Positions 39,036 through 52,423 of a DNA stretch of 64,000 nt are shown piece by piece (positions within the stretch are counted from its first letter, which is position 1; every line of letters begins with the position of its first letter). This stretch comes from Rotaria socialis. Taxonomy: Eukaryota. Location of the stretch: NCBI GenBank assembly GCA_905331295.1, contig CAJNYD010000322.1, positions 62,001 to 126,000 on the forward strand, written 5' to 3'. A program made the position numbers and the translations under genes. Below the pieces are notes generated by a model. It was not told the DNA's origin. It saw only the letters and a program-made list of their open reading frames with translations, and made no database searches.

Positions 39036-40580
39036 GTGCACGCACTTAAACATTAGGTAGTGGCGTGGAGAAATAATTTCGGAAGTGTTACAAAACCTTC
39101 TGTATATATATTTCGAAAAGATGAGAGATGGGTACATCTTCTTATAGCCAAAGATCCGTTTCTATTTTAAAAAAGAATCTTATATCAGCTAGACATTTAT
39201 CGTGACGTTTTTTTACTATAGTTGTCAACACTCCTCTGACAGTTTTTTTTTTCTAAAGTTTGGTAGATGTTTTTCTGTCAGTGATCGATAAATATGAAAT
39301 ATTTAGGCTAAATCTGGCGAATTAAAAATGTAATCTATTTGATTTGCAAGCTTCTGGAATGCCATCAAATAAATATTGAATGTTGTCGTGCCATGCCGCC
39401 ACAAGAAAAAAGAAATTTACATTTAATTGGTGCAAATTAGAGACATATGAAGAGTTTTCTATATATATATATATATATATTATTTCTCGTTATTCTATAT
39501 TTCTTCAAAGCGGCAGAGTAAGAAAAACTAGAACCATCTTTACAGTTGAACACTTGTAATAAGTAGCAAAAAACGTTTTCAGTAAGTACGTAGAAGATTC
39601 AGAAGCGAACTTTACTGTGCAACATACCAATCTAAAAAAGTAGCGAATCTAAAATGTAGACTATATTCATGTATGCATTATTGAAAGCAGTACAGCATCA
39701 TGAAAGCTCCTCTCCGTGTATAGATCAAATTTCTCAAGATTTTTTATGGATGTCAATTTAAAATCAAAAAATATTGTTCCAAATAAATGTCACTCAAATC
39801 CATGAAGAATTTCTTATATCTTTATTAAGCACAGTCAAATGCAGAACCTATCAATATTTGAGAACGGCTGTTCGTCAAAAAAATTGACTTGATAGTCTAA
39901 TATCGAATCTACATATGAGCGTGAATGTTGCACTGTGACTGTATAACAGTTATTACTGAAACGAACACTTTTCTATTAAGACTCAATTCTTGTCCAACAT
40001 TATTCATCAGATTGACAAAATCAGTTCAAGAATTTAATAATATTAGAAAATACTTAACTTTACTATTAATTTCTGTTGTGTTTCAATTTTTATATTTCAA
40101 ATCGATGTAGAGGCCACACACAGTCAATATGTGTTACACTCTGTTATTAAAATATCAATACTTCTATTGGTACACGTCGTACCCAATAACATGATTTTCC
40201 TTTCGTACAGTGCACGTATCTTATTTTATTTTAAGATGTATTGCATTTGATTAGATTAAAATTAGCTTTGATTTCATTTTTGAATAATATTAATTTAAAA
40301 TATTAAAGATCATCTTTATCTAGTGATAGTTTTGTTTTTGACACGTTATTTTTCTAGATCTCTTGGTTCTGTTGTTGTGTATCAAGTTCAAGTTTTAGAT
40401 GAGTTTCCTTGCAAGGGAATTTATGTCAATTGTTGAAAACTGAGAGCAAGCATGAACGATAGCATTTTTTTCTGAAACCATCTTATCAAATTCCTTTGAA
40501 TTTTCTTTCATTATTATCAAAAAAATATCGACAGATTATTATACAGAAATTATAGCTATTTAGTATTTATTTTTTTACAG

Positions 40581-41633
40581 ATGAAGGTCACAAAAAGATG
40601 CAACGAAAAACATAAATATGAAAATTTATTAGTTAATCTCAGAGCACAACATATAAATGTAGCACATATTCAACTTATTCGAACTAAGAGATTCAACACT
40701 CTATGTAATGGTCTAATGAAAGAGGTATAACTACAAATCTAATATTATATAACTATAATGTATAAAAACCGTCATTAACATGGTATACGTGTATTTATTG
40801 ATAAAATACATTTTATTTTCTGTATGAACATCTTGAATGCGTTTATTATAACTATTGCTGACATCAAAGGGATACACAATAATGTCATGCTACAAAATCT
40901 ATTAATTCAGCAGCAGCATTGGGAATAAAAAAAATCAGAACTTTTGCTGCTGTTAGTTGCTTAACAGTACGTTAGTCTTCCTTGTAAGATCGGTTGAATT
41001 TTTTATTTTGTATCTTTAGAAGACATTTGTGAATTATCGATGATGTGTGATATTATTTACACTGGTGATAAAGCAGAATTCAATCAACGATAGATTATGA
41101 TTATTATGATTTCTGGTATGTAAAACATAAGCATGATACTTTTTTTCTATATTACTTTCAAAGGCATCGGAAGTACATAGGATTGACCTTGTTATATAGG
41201 TAAAACAAAACTGATTGAAAATTGTATTGACAGACAATCAGATAAGCACACAAGACGTGGATTGAATAGGTGTAATAAATGTTACGTTTCCAGTTTATAA
41301 ATCGATTAAAACGGCTGAAAGGATAGGTTCTTATTTGAAAATAAAAACAGTTGTACAATTATGAAAAGAATTGGTCAACGCTGGTAAATATGAATCTTTC
41401 TTCAAAAATAAAATTCTACTCGTGCTTTGTTTTTTAGTTTTTCAAACAACGTTCTGCGCAGGTAATCGATTTGAAAAATATCTCTTTAATGCAATGTTTT
41501 CGTTTGGTAAGACAACTATACAACGAAAAATAGAATCTGTAAATTTGATTTTTAGTTGTTTGTTTAGACTGACCAACAAGAAGGCATCATTGTATTTTTA
41601 GAACGATATAAAGCTAACTTTACTGTTCTATAA
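40581..41633 (+). pseudogene. ECHS1: Enoyl-CoA hydratase (ECHS1-like) unprocessed pseudogene
   Basis: Colinear fragments NVAHIQLIRTKRFNTLCNGLMKE, ADIKG, ELSMMCDIIYTGDKAEFNQR*, KELVNA, FQTTFCAGNRFEKYLF, TDQQEGIIVFLERYKANF; introns retained; in-frame stops near 41091-41100. Confidence 0.78.
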
Positions 41634-42429
41634 TAATAGTACTATCGTATTCTTTTCAGTTACTTATAGTTTGCAATAACATGTTTTGATGAATATACTT
41701 CATCAGTGTTTATATATTTTTTTCTTTTACGATAGTTTCAACCTTTTTGACGAAAATTCTGATAGAAAAAGATTTTGCACGGATAGAAACGAAATGGAGA
41801 GTAGCAAAGAAGTGCGACAAATGGGCTGGTAGACGAGTGAAGCAAACGACTTTTATCTAAAAAAATCGATAGATTCATCATTTTTGTTTTAAGTTCTGCA
41901 ATAAGGTTAAAGCTATGCTTAATCTTAGCTGCAAACTCCTAAATGATCTTCTTTCTTTTTAGATAAGTTGTCACATTGTTGATATTCACGAATTATTTAT
42001 TCAGTTTGTGACACTTGCAAAGAAGCTCTTCATAATACATTAGATATTTTCATTGTTCAATTAATTATATTTGTCTATATTGTAATGACGAATGAATTAA
42101 TTTAATAATTATTTTTAGACATAAGATATTCATTGTCTTCGAATAGTCAGAATCTTCAAATAATTAGTTTTGAGTGTCATCAAAAGGAATAGATAAAAAC
42201 CTATTCGATGTTCCCAAGAACGAGTACTTCAAACAAAACGAAAGACAAGAAATCGCCTGAACTATAAATACAACTTATCTATACACTTGCAAATTGATAA
42301 CTCATCAGTGAAAGTTTCTATAGATTGTATATTTTTATTCTAATTTTCAATGATTTAAGCCAGATGTCGATTTTCATGTAGATGATATAAATCGAACAAA
42401 TATGCAAAAGATATTATTTTGATATAAAG

Positions 42430-42461
<32 letters not shown>

Positions 42462-43230
42462 GTTTGAAGCAATAGTTTCCCTTGAAACAATTAATCCCAA
42501 ACGCAACTGGTACACAAGAAGAAACTCTCAAAATTTTAAATGTATTAAAATAACATTTGAGAGTGCGACGCATAGACGATATATAACAATTAAAGTTATA
42601 CACTGAACTATGAAGACTATGAGAAAAACATTTTGAATATAAATCAACGTCTTAAATGTCATACCCACAGCAAACTGCACTACAACATTATGCGAATCCA
42701 TAGTATACTATGAACAGAGCCTTTTACTGTTGTATAGACAGCAATAAACTTGTGAGTTTGTTCTCTATCTCTCTACTTACTGTCTTGTCATGTTCTGTCT
42801 ATTAAGGGTCGGTGGTCGACATGTAAGGAAAAAAAGAATAGGGTAAACTTTGTTCAAAGGATTACACCGACTATCACTAAGTTTGTCGTTTTTTTCTTTT
42901 GCGTTGTCGTCGAAGTATGTTGTCGTTGAGTCTCTTCTCTAACACTTCAATTATCGACTCATTGCTAACCCACACAAACATCCGTTTTTCTCTTTCTTCA
43001 GTTGTAAAGAATGAATTAATCATCTTCGCTTGTTCGTGAGGAGCCATGAAAGAAAATAGAATGTGCGCGCGTTAATCAAATAACGTCCCAAGAATCTTAC
43101 ATTCATCACTTAGAACTGTCATATGTGTTATTTCTTTTCGATTGACGACAAATATATTTCACATGAACGTGATTCGTTTTCTGTCTAATATTTACTATTG
43201 CAGATAGATGTAATTAACATTCATTCGTCG

Positions 43231-46098
43231 ATGAAATCCTTATTTATTGATAAATATAGCGATGATTTTTGTTGGTACTTTGTTTTACTCATCATCATTG
43301 GAGTTATGCGACAGACTTCGTCAGCTGTAGTGCCATCTCAAAATTCGGTTTCATTATACACTGACAATGACAAAGTAATTATTCTAACAAGTCAAAATTT
43401 TTCATTGACAGTTTATGAATCTAACACTGCATGGCTTATCGAATTCTATGCAAGTTGGTGTGGACATTGCCAATCTTATGCCAATGTAAATTTAGTTTCT
43501 AAAGTTCGCTTTATTTAAAATTATTGTTTTACCTATTTATTAGACTTATCGAGAAGTTGCTATTGATACTTGGGGTAAGCATTGCATATTGAAATGTTTT
43601 GTCAAATAAAAAAAAATGTTTTTTCTTGTCTTTTTGAGGATGGAAAACAGTCGTTCGTATTGGTGCAATAAACTGTTATGCCGATGAAAATAGCGCTTTG
43701 TGTGAACAACATAAAATTGAATCTTATCCAACGCTCCGAGTACGTCAACTCTACATAGAACTATTTGTTTTTTTTTCTCAATATTCTTTTTTTGTATAGT
43801 TCATAGAACCACAAACAACAATGAATGCATCTAAAACTATAACTATAACAGCAACTGATGCCAAAGGTGTAGAAAAAGAACTAATAAAAAAACTTGTCGA
43901 TGTTAACAGAATAGAGAAGTCTTGGCCTCAGTTTATACCAGCCAGGTAGAATTTTTACTATGTTGAATTAATTTTCGAATTAAATTAAATTTAAGTCGAG
44001 CCTCATTTGATGATCTTTTTAATCGTGCTCCACCATCGGTGAAATTACTATTACTTATCATAGAAAAACGAGATGATTTTACTGGTTCACAGGTATTATA
44101 ATCGTCTTTTTCTCTCTTTAAATCAATCTTATTATGATCTTAAGATCATGCTTGATTTTTCTAAATACTATGAACAATTAGCAATATTTCGAACGACAAC
44201 TGACAAGAAATTATGGTATAGATTTCAAATCAATATAACTGATATACCAGCTCTATTTGCTATTCTTCCAAATCGAACTATAGAAAAGATTAACACTAAA
44301 CAGGAGAACACGAAGTAATGCTATTATTATTATTTGAATGAAAGAGCATATTCAATGGATATAAATTTTTTTTATTATTTTAGTGAAAATATTGGTAGTC
44401 GAAATTTATTTAATTATGCTATTCGTTCATATATTCGTCAACGAAAATATATTGTGAACTTCGATGATCGTGATTTAGAAGAGATAATTCTCAGTAGAAA
44501 TGCACTAAAAAATGCAGAAACAAAATTAATATCATACAAAAAGAATGCACAAATAAATCTTCCAGTAGACAACATTATAATCAATCAAAAAATTAGTATG
44601 ATAGATTTTGAAACAGCTTTATCTTATATGTTTCGTCGTGAAATACCTCGAATACAAGAAATTCGTGGTGAAGCTTATGATGCTTTGATACATTGGCTGG
44701 TCGTTCTTATTAAAGTAATATAATAATATAAGTTGTTCTTTTCTCGAGCACTTCTTAATACACAAAAGAATCTAAATTGATTCAATATATTGTAGCATGT
44801 ATTGCGCTGTGAAATCTAAAGCAACACCTAAAAATGATTATAATTCTATTTGTCTTAGGATACATTTGAATATTAAAACTTAATTTTAAAAGTTCATGAC
44901 GTAGAGAAATCGCATCAATAAATTTTTTTATCGAATGTAAATGTAACATTTGCTACAAGTCTGATTGAAAATAATTATCAATTGTTCAGATCTATGTTAA
45001 ATTAGTGGTTACCGATTCGAAGATTGTTAGTACTTTTTAAATTTTCTTTTCTTAGAAACTCATCTAGATCATAAGAATTTTCTTCTATATGCTATTAATT
45101 TTTCTTTAGTATTTTCCCGGTCGTGAACCAGTTATGAATTATCTGAAACAGCTATTATCAGCAGTAAAAGAACAATCAAATGGTTTAACTGGAAAACAAT
45201 TTCGTGAATTAGCTGATCTTAATACAACATCTAGTTATTTACCAAATAATAATTTTCAATATAAATATTGTGCAGGTTCTTCACCAACACATCGTGGTTA
45301 TCCATGTGGTCTTTGGATACTTTTTCATACATTAACTGTTTCACAAGTTCAAACAGGTTTGTTTGTTTATTTACTGATTATTTTCGTATTGGTTTTATTT
45401 CTTATTTTTCATTTTCTGATGTCTAGAATTAGTACAAATAAATACTATTGAAATTCTTTCAGCTATAAAAAAATTTTTAAAATATTTTTTTGGTTGTCGA
45501 CATTGCAGTGAAAATTTTATGAAAGAAACAAAAGATATAAATCAACTTGATTCAAACAATAAATATGCAGCGGTTATTTATCTTTGGGAAAGTATGTTTT
45601 TATTCATTACTGTTTTGTGTTGTATTTGTTGTTCTTCTTATTTAATTTTCTCTAGTTCATAATCGTGTTAATAAACGTTTACATGGTGATATTACAGAAG
45701 ATCTACAGCATCCTAAAATTCAGTTTCCACCGAAATCTCTTTGTTCAAATTGTCATTTAACAAATAAAAACAGCGACAGTGATTTTGACGAATCAACTAT
45801 ACTGAAATTTCTTCTACGATATTTTTCAAAGGAGAATATTGATCTATCATTAGTAGAAAATTTAGCAATACTCGATGATAATAAACAAAATCGAATACCT
45901 CGCAATGGACATCAAACTTTAATAGATCAATATACAATGATTGAAATAACTAATGAACCAAAAAACAACGTTGGATTTATTCGATCGCTAATTTCAATTT
46001 TTCAAAGTTTTTCATTGTATTTTTTTATATTAGTTTTGGTCATTATTTTTGTTCGCCGAGGATATTGTAAAGGCAAACGAAAACGTTATACACTCTGA
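43231..46098 (+). CDS. QSOX: Quiescin sulfhydryl oxidase
   Basis: Thioredoxin WLIEFYASWCGHC; CAGS...RGYPCGLWILFHTL; Erv domain FFGCRHCSENF, HNRVNKRLHGD, EDLQHPKIQFPP..LCSNC; C-terminal TM helix; TGA at 46096-46098. Confidence 0.94.
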
Positions 46099-46657
46099 CA
46101 GAGGAACTAACTTATTTAACTAGTCACTACTAGATTGCTGCTTTTTCTCATTCCACAGCTGAACGACAATATCCTTAAAACAGTGTGCTTTTTGTTCTCG
46201 CCTGTCTTTTTCTTTTCTTAAACAAAAGTGTTGTGACGATTTTTGTTTATACTTCGTCTTACATAAATTTATTTATTTGTTCTGATTCCATCAAATTTTG
46301 CCTATCTAACGTCGTTGATAATTATTTTACTCTCAAAGATATGGTATCTGTTATGGAGTTTTGGTTTTCTGTTGTTCTTTGGTTTTTATTTTATTAACTA
46401 GAAAAAAGTTCATAAAGAAAAAGCATGATTAGACATGATAAAAATAAAATGATCATTACGTTTATTGTAAACAAATTAAAAAGTAAAGTTCTCTCATTGG
46501 CAAATTGTTCGTTTCTTAAATTTTTATAAATGATGATGAGACAAAATAGTTTTTCGTAAGATTATATTGTATTTTAGATTCAAAAAAAAAAACGGCAACA
46601 ACAAAATATGACCAAGAGAAATATGTCATAAGATCTCTACTACCGCATGATAATGAT

Positions 46658-49480
46658 ATGTTGGAGAAATTGAGCCGACGAGCTATACGCTATACGAAAA
46701 GAGCTATTATGGGGTAAAGTTGAAACAATATATTTACTCAATGTTCCATTTTAAATGATGATTTGTTATCTTTTAATCTTAGAGCGGCATTTTTTTTCAC
46801 GGTATGTTTTCTTTTTCATGAAACATGTAAAATTATATGGATATCTAACGAAAGAAAATACAAGATCGTTCAAATTTAATAGAGTCAATTGATTATGGCG
46901 TTGAAATTTCTTTTTAACGAATACAGATTTCAGTAAGAGATCATCTACAAAAATATAAATAAATAAATTTTCTAAATGACGCCTTGGATGAAGAGAAAAA
47001 CTGATGGATTTCAAAAAACGATGGATTATTGTCTAGATAGCAAAAATTTTCAATGATTTGACTTAATATAAAAACAAAAGAATACACATTAATTCATGTT
47101 CTTTACCTATCGATAATGTAGGACGAACAAGAAATTAACCGAAGAAGTAGTGTCGCTGGAGCATCCTATAATTTAATCAATTCTATAGTTGGATCTGGTG
47201 TCATTGGTAACTTTCATGTTTTTTTCGATTCAATTAATTTCTACATAAAATCTTTTTTTGTATAGGTATGAGTTATTCTTTTCGACAATCAGGTTATTTA
47301 GCAGGAATCTTATTATTGGTCATGGTAGCTATTTTAACTGGTAAGGACAGGTGAGCTTTGCAGGGCAAAATGATTCTTTTTTTAAAATTTTGTTTATAGC
47401 TATTGAAAGAAAAAACTACAGCTAAATTCTTAAAATTGAAATATTTTTGAATGTCTTTTTTTTTGTGTAATAAACGATTTAATTCTTTCATGTAGACTAT
47501 TCAACAACAATTTTGCTTCGTTCCGGTCAAATGGCAAAGGCAACAACATATCAAGAACTTGTTTATAATGTACTCGGAAAGTTTGGTTTCCTATGGCTTT
47601 CATTAGTACAATTTCTTTATCCATTTATTTGTCTTATTTCGTATAATATAATTATTGGTATAATTTTGGGAAAATCCTTTTCCTTTTTTGTATTATTTTT
47701 AAATTCAACAAAATTTAGGTGATACAGTAACAAAAGTTCTTCATCGTTTATGGCCAACAATACCCTATTTATTTCAAAATCGATACATCATTATTTTTGT
47801 TTGTTCTTGTTTTGTTACATTACCATTATCTCTTTATCGAAACATAGCTAAATTATCTCAAGTATCACTTACAGGTCTTATTCTAGTTTTGACAACAGTA
47901 TTAATATTAATTAAACGTGGCTATGATACAATGCCATTTATGTATGTAAATTAGACAAAAAAATGCTATATGATAGATGAAGTTCAAAATTTACTTTTAG
48001 ATCATCAGGAACTCGTGATATTCGTGTTTGGAATTCAAATATTGCTGAAAGTATTGGTGTTATGGCGTAAGAATAAAGAAATACTGAGTTCAAAAGAAAA
48101 AAAATTCTTTTCTTCAATTTGGTAACATATAGGTTTGCTTTTATGTGTCAGCATAATTCTTTTCTGATATACCATTCCATGAATGATAAAACTCTTTCAC
48201 GATGGCGCATCGTTACATCATTAACGGCCACGATTGCATTTGTTTTTGCTGCTGCTTATGCTCTCACAGGTTACATTGTTTTTGGTCAACAAACTGAAGG
48301 TATTGCCAATTAAATTTTACATTTATGTTTCTGTTATATTTTCTTCTATGAAATAAATAAAAGGTGATCTTTTGGAAAATTATTGCCATTGGGATACACT
48401 GATAAATATTGCACGGCTTATTTATGCTATAAATATAATGCTGACATTTCCGTTGGAATGTCTTGTTTGTCGTCAAGTACGTTTTACATACAAATTAATA
48501 TTGACCTTTGTTGTTTATTTTAGGTAATCGAAATTGTGTGTAGTAAATGGACAAGCTTTAGTTCAGATCGTAATCATTATATTATAACAATTCTAATTGT
48601 TATTGCTAGTGTGATATTATCGTTATCTACTGATTGTCTTGGTATTGTTCTTGAACTCAATGTGAGTTTTGTTTTTATTATAAAATAGGCAAAAATCAAT
48701 GAGCTGATGTTTAACACTAATTATCAATCTGATCATTCTTTAGTTTCTATAAAATATAGTGTGCTCTGACATTCGTTTCCAAAACGTTTTCTAGATTATA
48801 AATTAATGATATTATTTTCTATCGCTTGATTCGTTATATAAGATTACTTGTCAATTGAAATCTATGGCAATGAGCTATTTTTTTTTGTACTGATTCATAT
48901 CAACAAATGTGTTTGCTCTTGACATTATACTTTTATGTCATGATTTTCGAAAAAAAAAGATTCGCTAATCTAAGCCGCGAAACAGAGATTTTTTTTCAAG
49001 TCTATCTCTTTATATGTATGACATCAGAAGGAAAAGGATTGAACTACAATTACTCAAGAAAAATTCTAGTGACTTTTTTTGTTTGAGAAAAAATCAATTA
49101 TCTTTACTATCTGTAGATATAAGATCAAAATTCGATTAAATATTTTATCAAAAGAAAATATTGTCTCTATTCATATAAATATCTAGTTTCTATTCTAGGG
49201 ATTATTAGTTGCATCATCGCTCGCTTATATTTTACCAGCTTTATGTTATTTAAAACTTAAACCACGTTCCACTGAATTTTCATTTGATAATATTTGTTCA
49301 TATATTCTACTAATCATTGGTATATTACTGACAATATCTGGCTTTGTTTTACCTTTAAGACATGCATTACAGGAAGGTTATTATTGTCAACATGGAATCG
49401 AACCTCGTTATTGTACACGTATGTTTCCAACAGCAATAAATCATACAAAAATTAAATTAAGAATAAAATCTTCAAGCTAA
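46658..49480 (+). CDS. SLC38A11: Sodium-coupled neutral amino acid transporter SLC38A11-like
   Basis: ASYNLINSIVGSGVIG, QFLYPFI, SYNIIIGDT, TLPLSLYRNIAKL, FAFMCQHNSFLIY, GDLLENYC, DCLGIVLELNG. The 5' end is inferred via a 19-nt microexon (46783-46801). Confidence 0.88.
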
Positions 49481-50448
49481 CTTATTTGATTTATTAAGGA
49501 AACTATGTTTTTTGTTTTCGTTACTTTTGGAAAAATTATGTTCACTGATCTACGTACCTATATCTATCTATTCATATAAAGTTTAATAAATAAAGAAAAA
49601 AGAAAAAAGATGAGAAATTTCCATAAATTCACCTATTTATTAGCTAACTGATGTAATTTGTCTGGTTGACTGACATTATCCAGATATATACACAAGCGAA
49701 AATCTTTCACTCACCACCTCTTCTCGTTTTCCTTTTATTTTTTCTTTTTTTGCTATCCAAATATCATCAACTTCTTATCAGTATGTATATGTGTGTGTCG
49801 TCAACAGTCGTTCGTCTTGTTATAATATCCAATCAATGTGATTATTGCAAGCATTTCTAATTCTGTTTATATTTTTACATCAAGATAATATTATTGGTTA
49901 AAGAAAAGAAATTATCCATATAGACGATAGAGAAGCAAAGCGAAGAAGAAGATGAATCTTTCTCAATGAGAAACGATCAGTCAATTGGTTTGTTGAGAAA
50001 AAGAAGAAAAGACAATCACGTTCGACGAATGAGAATGAAAGAAGAATCAATTACATTAAACATATCATCGCGTGCAATTTCTGATTGTTGTTGCAACTCA
50101 AATTTGCCAGACAGAAATAGAAAGAAAAAAAAAACGAAGATAGAATTGTGCTATCGTTACATTGAGCAGAAACAGATCGTTTTAATGGGCATCGATAAAA
50201 AGAAGAGAAAAAAAATGAAAGAGAGCGAGAATAGAGAAAAAGAGCCAAATCTTGGATAGATAGATAGGATAGATGCACAACAAAGAACGCGACAGTAATA
50301 TCAAGAGAAAGATGATTTGCTCGAACGAGTTTTTAATAAACTAAATGACAAACGGATCATTTGCTGTCTGAAAATATCTTTATTCCATCATTGATTCATT
50401 TATATATCTATTCATCGATTGATTCATTCGTTCATACGACCCCTACAA

Positions 50449-51486
50449 ATGAGTAAGAAACTTGGTTTTAATATATCAGATCTCCTTTCTCAACCTGCCA
50501 ATTTATCTGTATCTCCGACAACTTCAACATCCCTATCAGCAACATCAGATTTAGCAACTTCTTCTAATGAATATCAACAAGAACGACAAGAAGTTGAATC
50601 GTCTTCAATTTCATCAATAACAGTACCGATAAATGAAAGTAATAATCATTTATCAAATTATGAACAATTAATGAGAGCTTCATCGATTTATCGTAATCAA
50701 GATTATTCTTTATTACCCATTGTTAATGGAACTTATCCATGGATTCAGACAGATAGTGTACTAAAAGATCGTTTCTCGTGTAAGCTAATTTCTATTGACA
50801 TTTTATGATAATAGTCACGCAAAGCTGAATATTTGATGAATTTCTATTTCAAGTATTCCATAATCAACGACGTTTAGGTCATCCATACCAAAATCGAACA
50901 CCACCAAAAAGAAAAAAACCTCGAACATCATTTACACGTTTACAAATTCTTGTAATTCAAAAAAAAAGAAACTTTAATTGAAAATGTAATTATTTCATTT
51001 ATTTGTTTTACTTTCATATAGGAATTAGAGAAACGTTTTCATCGACAAAAATATTTAGCATCATCAGAACGTTCTCAATTAGCTAAAGGTTTAAAAATGA
51101 CAGATGCACAAGTAAAAGTAAGATCACTTTTTGTTTTGTTTTTGTCATATGAATATGATTGGATAAAATTTAAGACATGGTTTCAAAATCGTCGAACGAA
51201 ATGGCGACGACAAACAGCTGAAGAACGTGAACAAGAACGACAAGCAGCAAATCGGCTTGTATTAACAAATCCTCATCATCATCGTTCATTATCATCAAGT
51301 CCAAAATTAGCATCACCATCTAATCAAATATCAACGGACAATAATAATTCATTAATATATTCAAGTGCATCTTTAAATGCTTTACAAAATTTACAACCAT
51401 GGTCAACACCATCAAATCATTCGAATTTATCATCAAGATCATCGTCATCTGATGATAGTAATCAACGAACAAATAATCGACAATAA
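50449..51486 (+). CDS. TLX: Tlx (Hox11/C15) homeobox transcription factor
   Basis: eh1 motif [12 protein letters not shown] motif, [45 protein letters not shown]...[27 protein letters not shown]. Confidence 0.96.
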
Positions 51487-52038
51487 TATAAACGAATTAC
51501 TTTTTTTCGTGCCTTGTTTCGTTTTACTTATATAAATATATTTCAATGATGTCAGCGTGTGTACGTGTGTGTGTGTTCTGTCAATAAACACTTGGCAGAT
51601 TGTAATGTCTGTCTATCTATCGATCTATCTGTCATTTTAATTAGAAAGACTAATCCCTAGAGAAACATCTTATCTATCTATTTCGTTACACTTTAGTAAA
51701 CACATTTTGTTACCGAACTTCCATTTAATTATTAAACTCTATTCTTTTCTTCAGGGAGCCATAGAAAACAATTTTATTTAAATATTTTTTAATAGTTCAA
51801 TCAATAATACATTTTCATTGATCTTATTTGATTTTCTATTTTCAATTGAGTGTGTTCGTGTTTTAGGATAAATGTGTATATATCTATCTGTCTATCTATC
51901 TCTTATTACCATTCAACAGGCGACAATTGTCACACGCAATAGTATTCAACTAAAATGATGACAATACTCAAAAGACTAAAGATCACTCAACAATTAATTA
52001 ACTATAAGAAAAAGATAAAGAAGTTAACAGTATTTTTC

Positions 52039-52076
<38 letters not shown>

Positions 52077-52423
52077 ATGAATTCGAAAATAGAAAATTGC
52101 TTTTCAATGTTTATATATCAAATTGTTTGTCTCATTTTGCTCATACATATCTATATCTGTATGCGATTCTCTAATCAATAAATATATATAGACGTCTGGC
52201 TATGATCATCTTCACATACAAATACTAGATCGTAAGTTTATGTTGTGTTGAATGTTGAAGAAGAGGCAATTGAAGTGATTAATTGCAAGTTAATTTGGGT
52301 ACCAGCCGGCAATAAAAAAAACAAGAACTGTTCTTTGGTTAATTAAAGAGCTTTGTTTTATGCTTAAAAGAGAAAAATAATATTTTTTTCTACAAAGAAT
52401 TATAGGTGAAAACAAAAAATCTT

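Noticed and set aside
49966..50278. ORFs on both strands upstream of Tlx
   Set aside because: Low-complexity purine-rich promoter/UTR sequence.
52041..52071. (AT)n microsatellites (also ~24750, ~39460, ~42430)
   Set aside because: Ordinary simple repeats.
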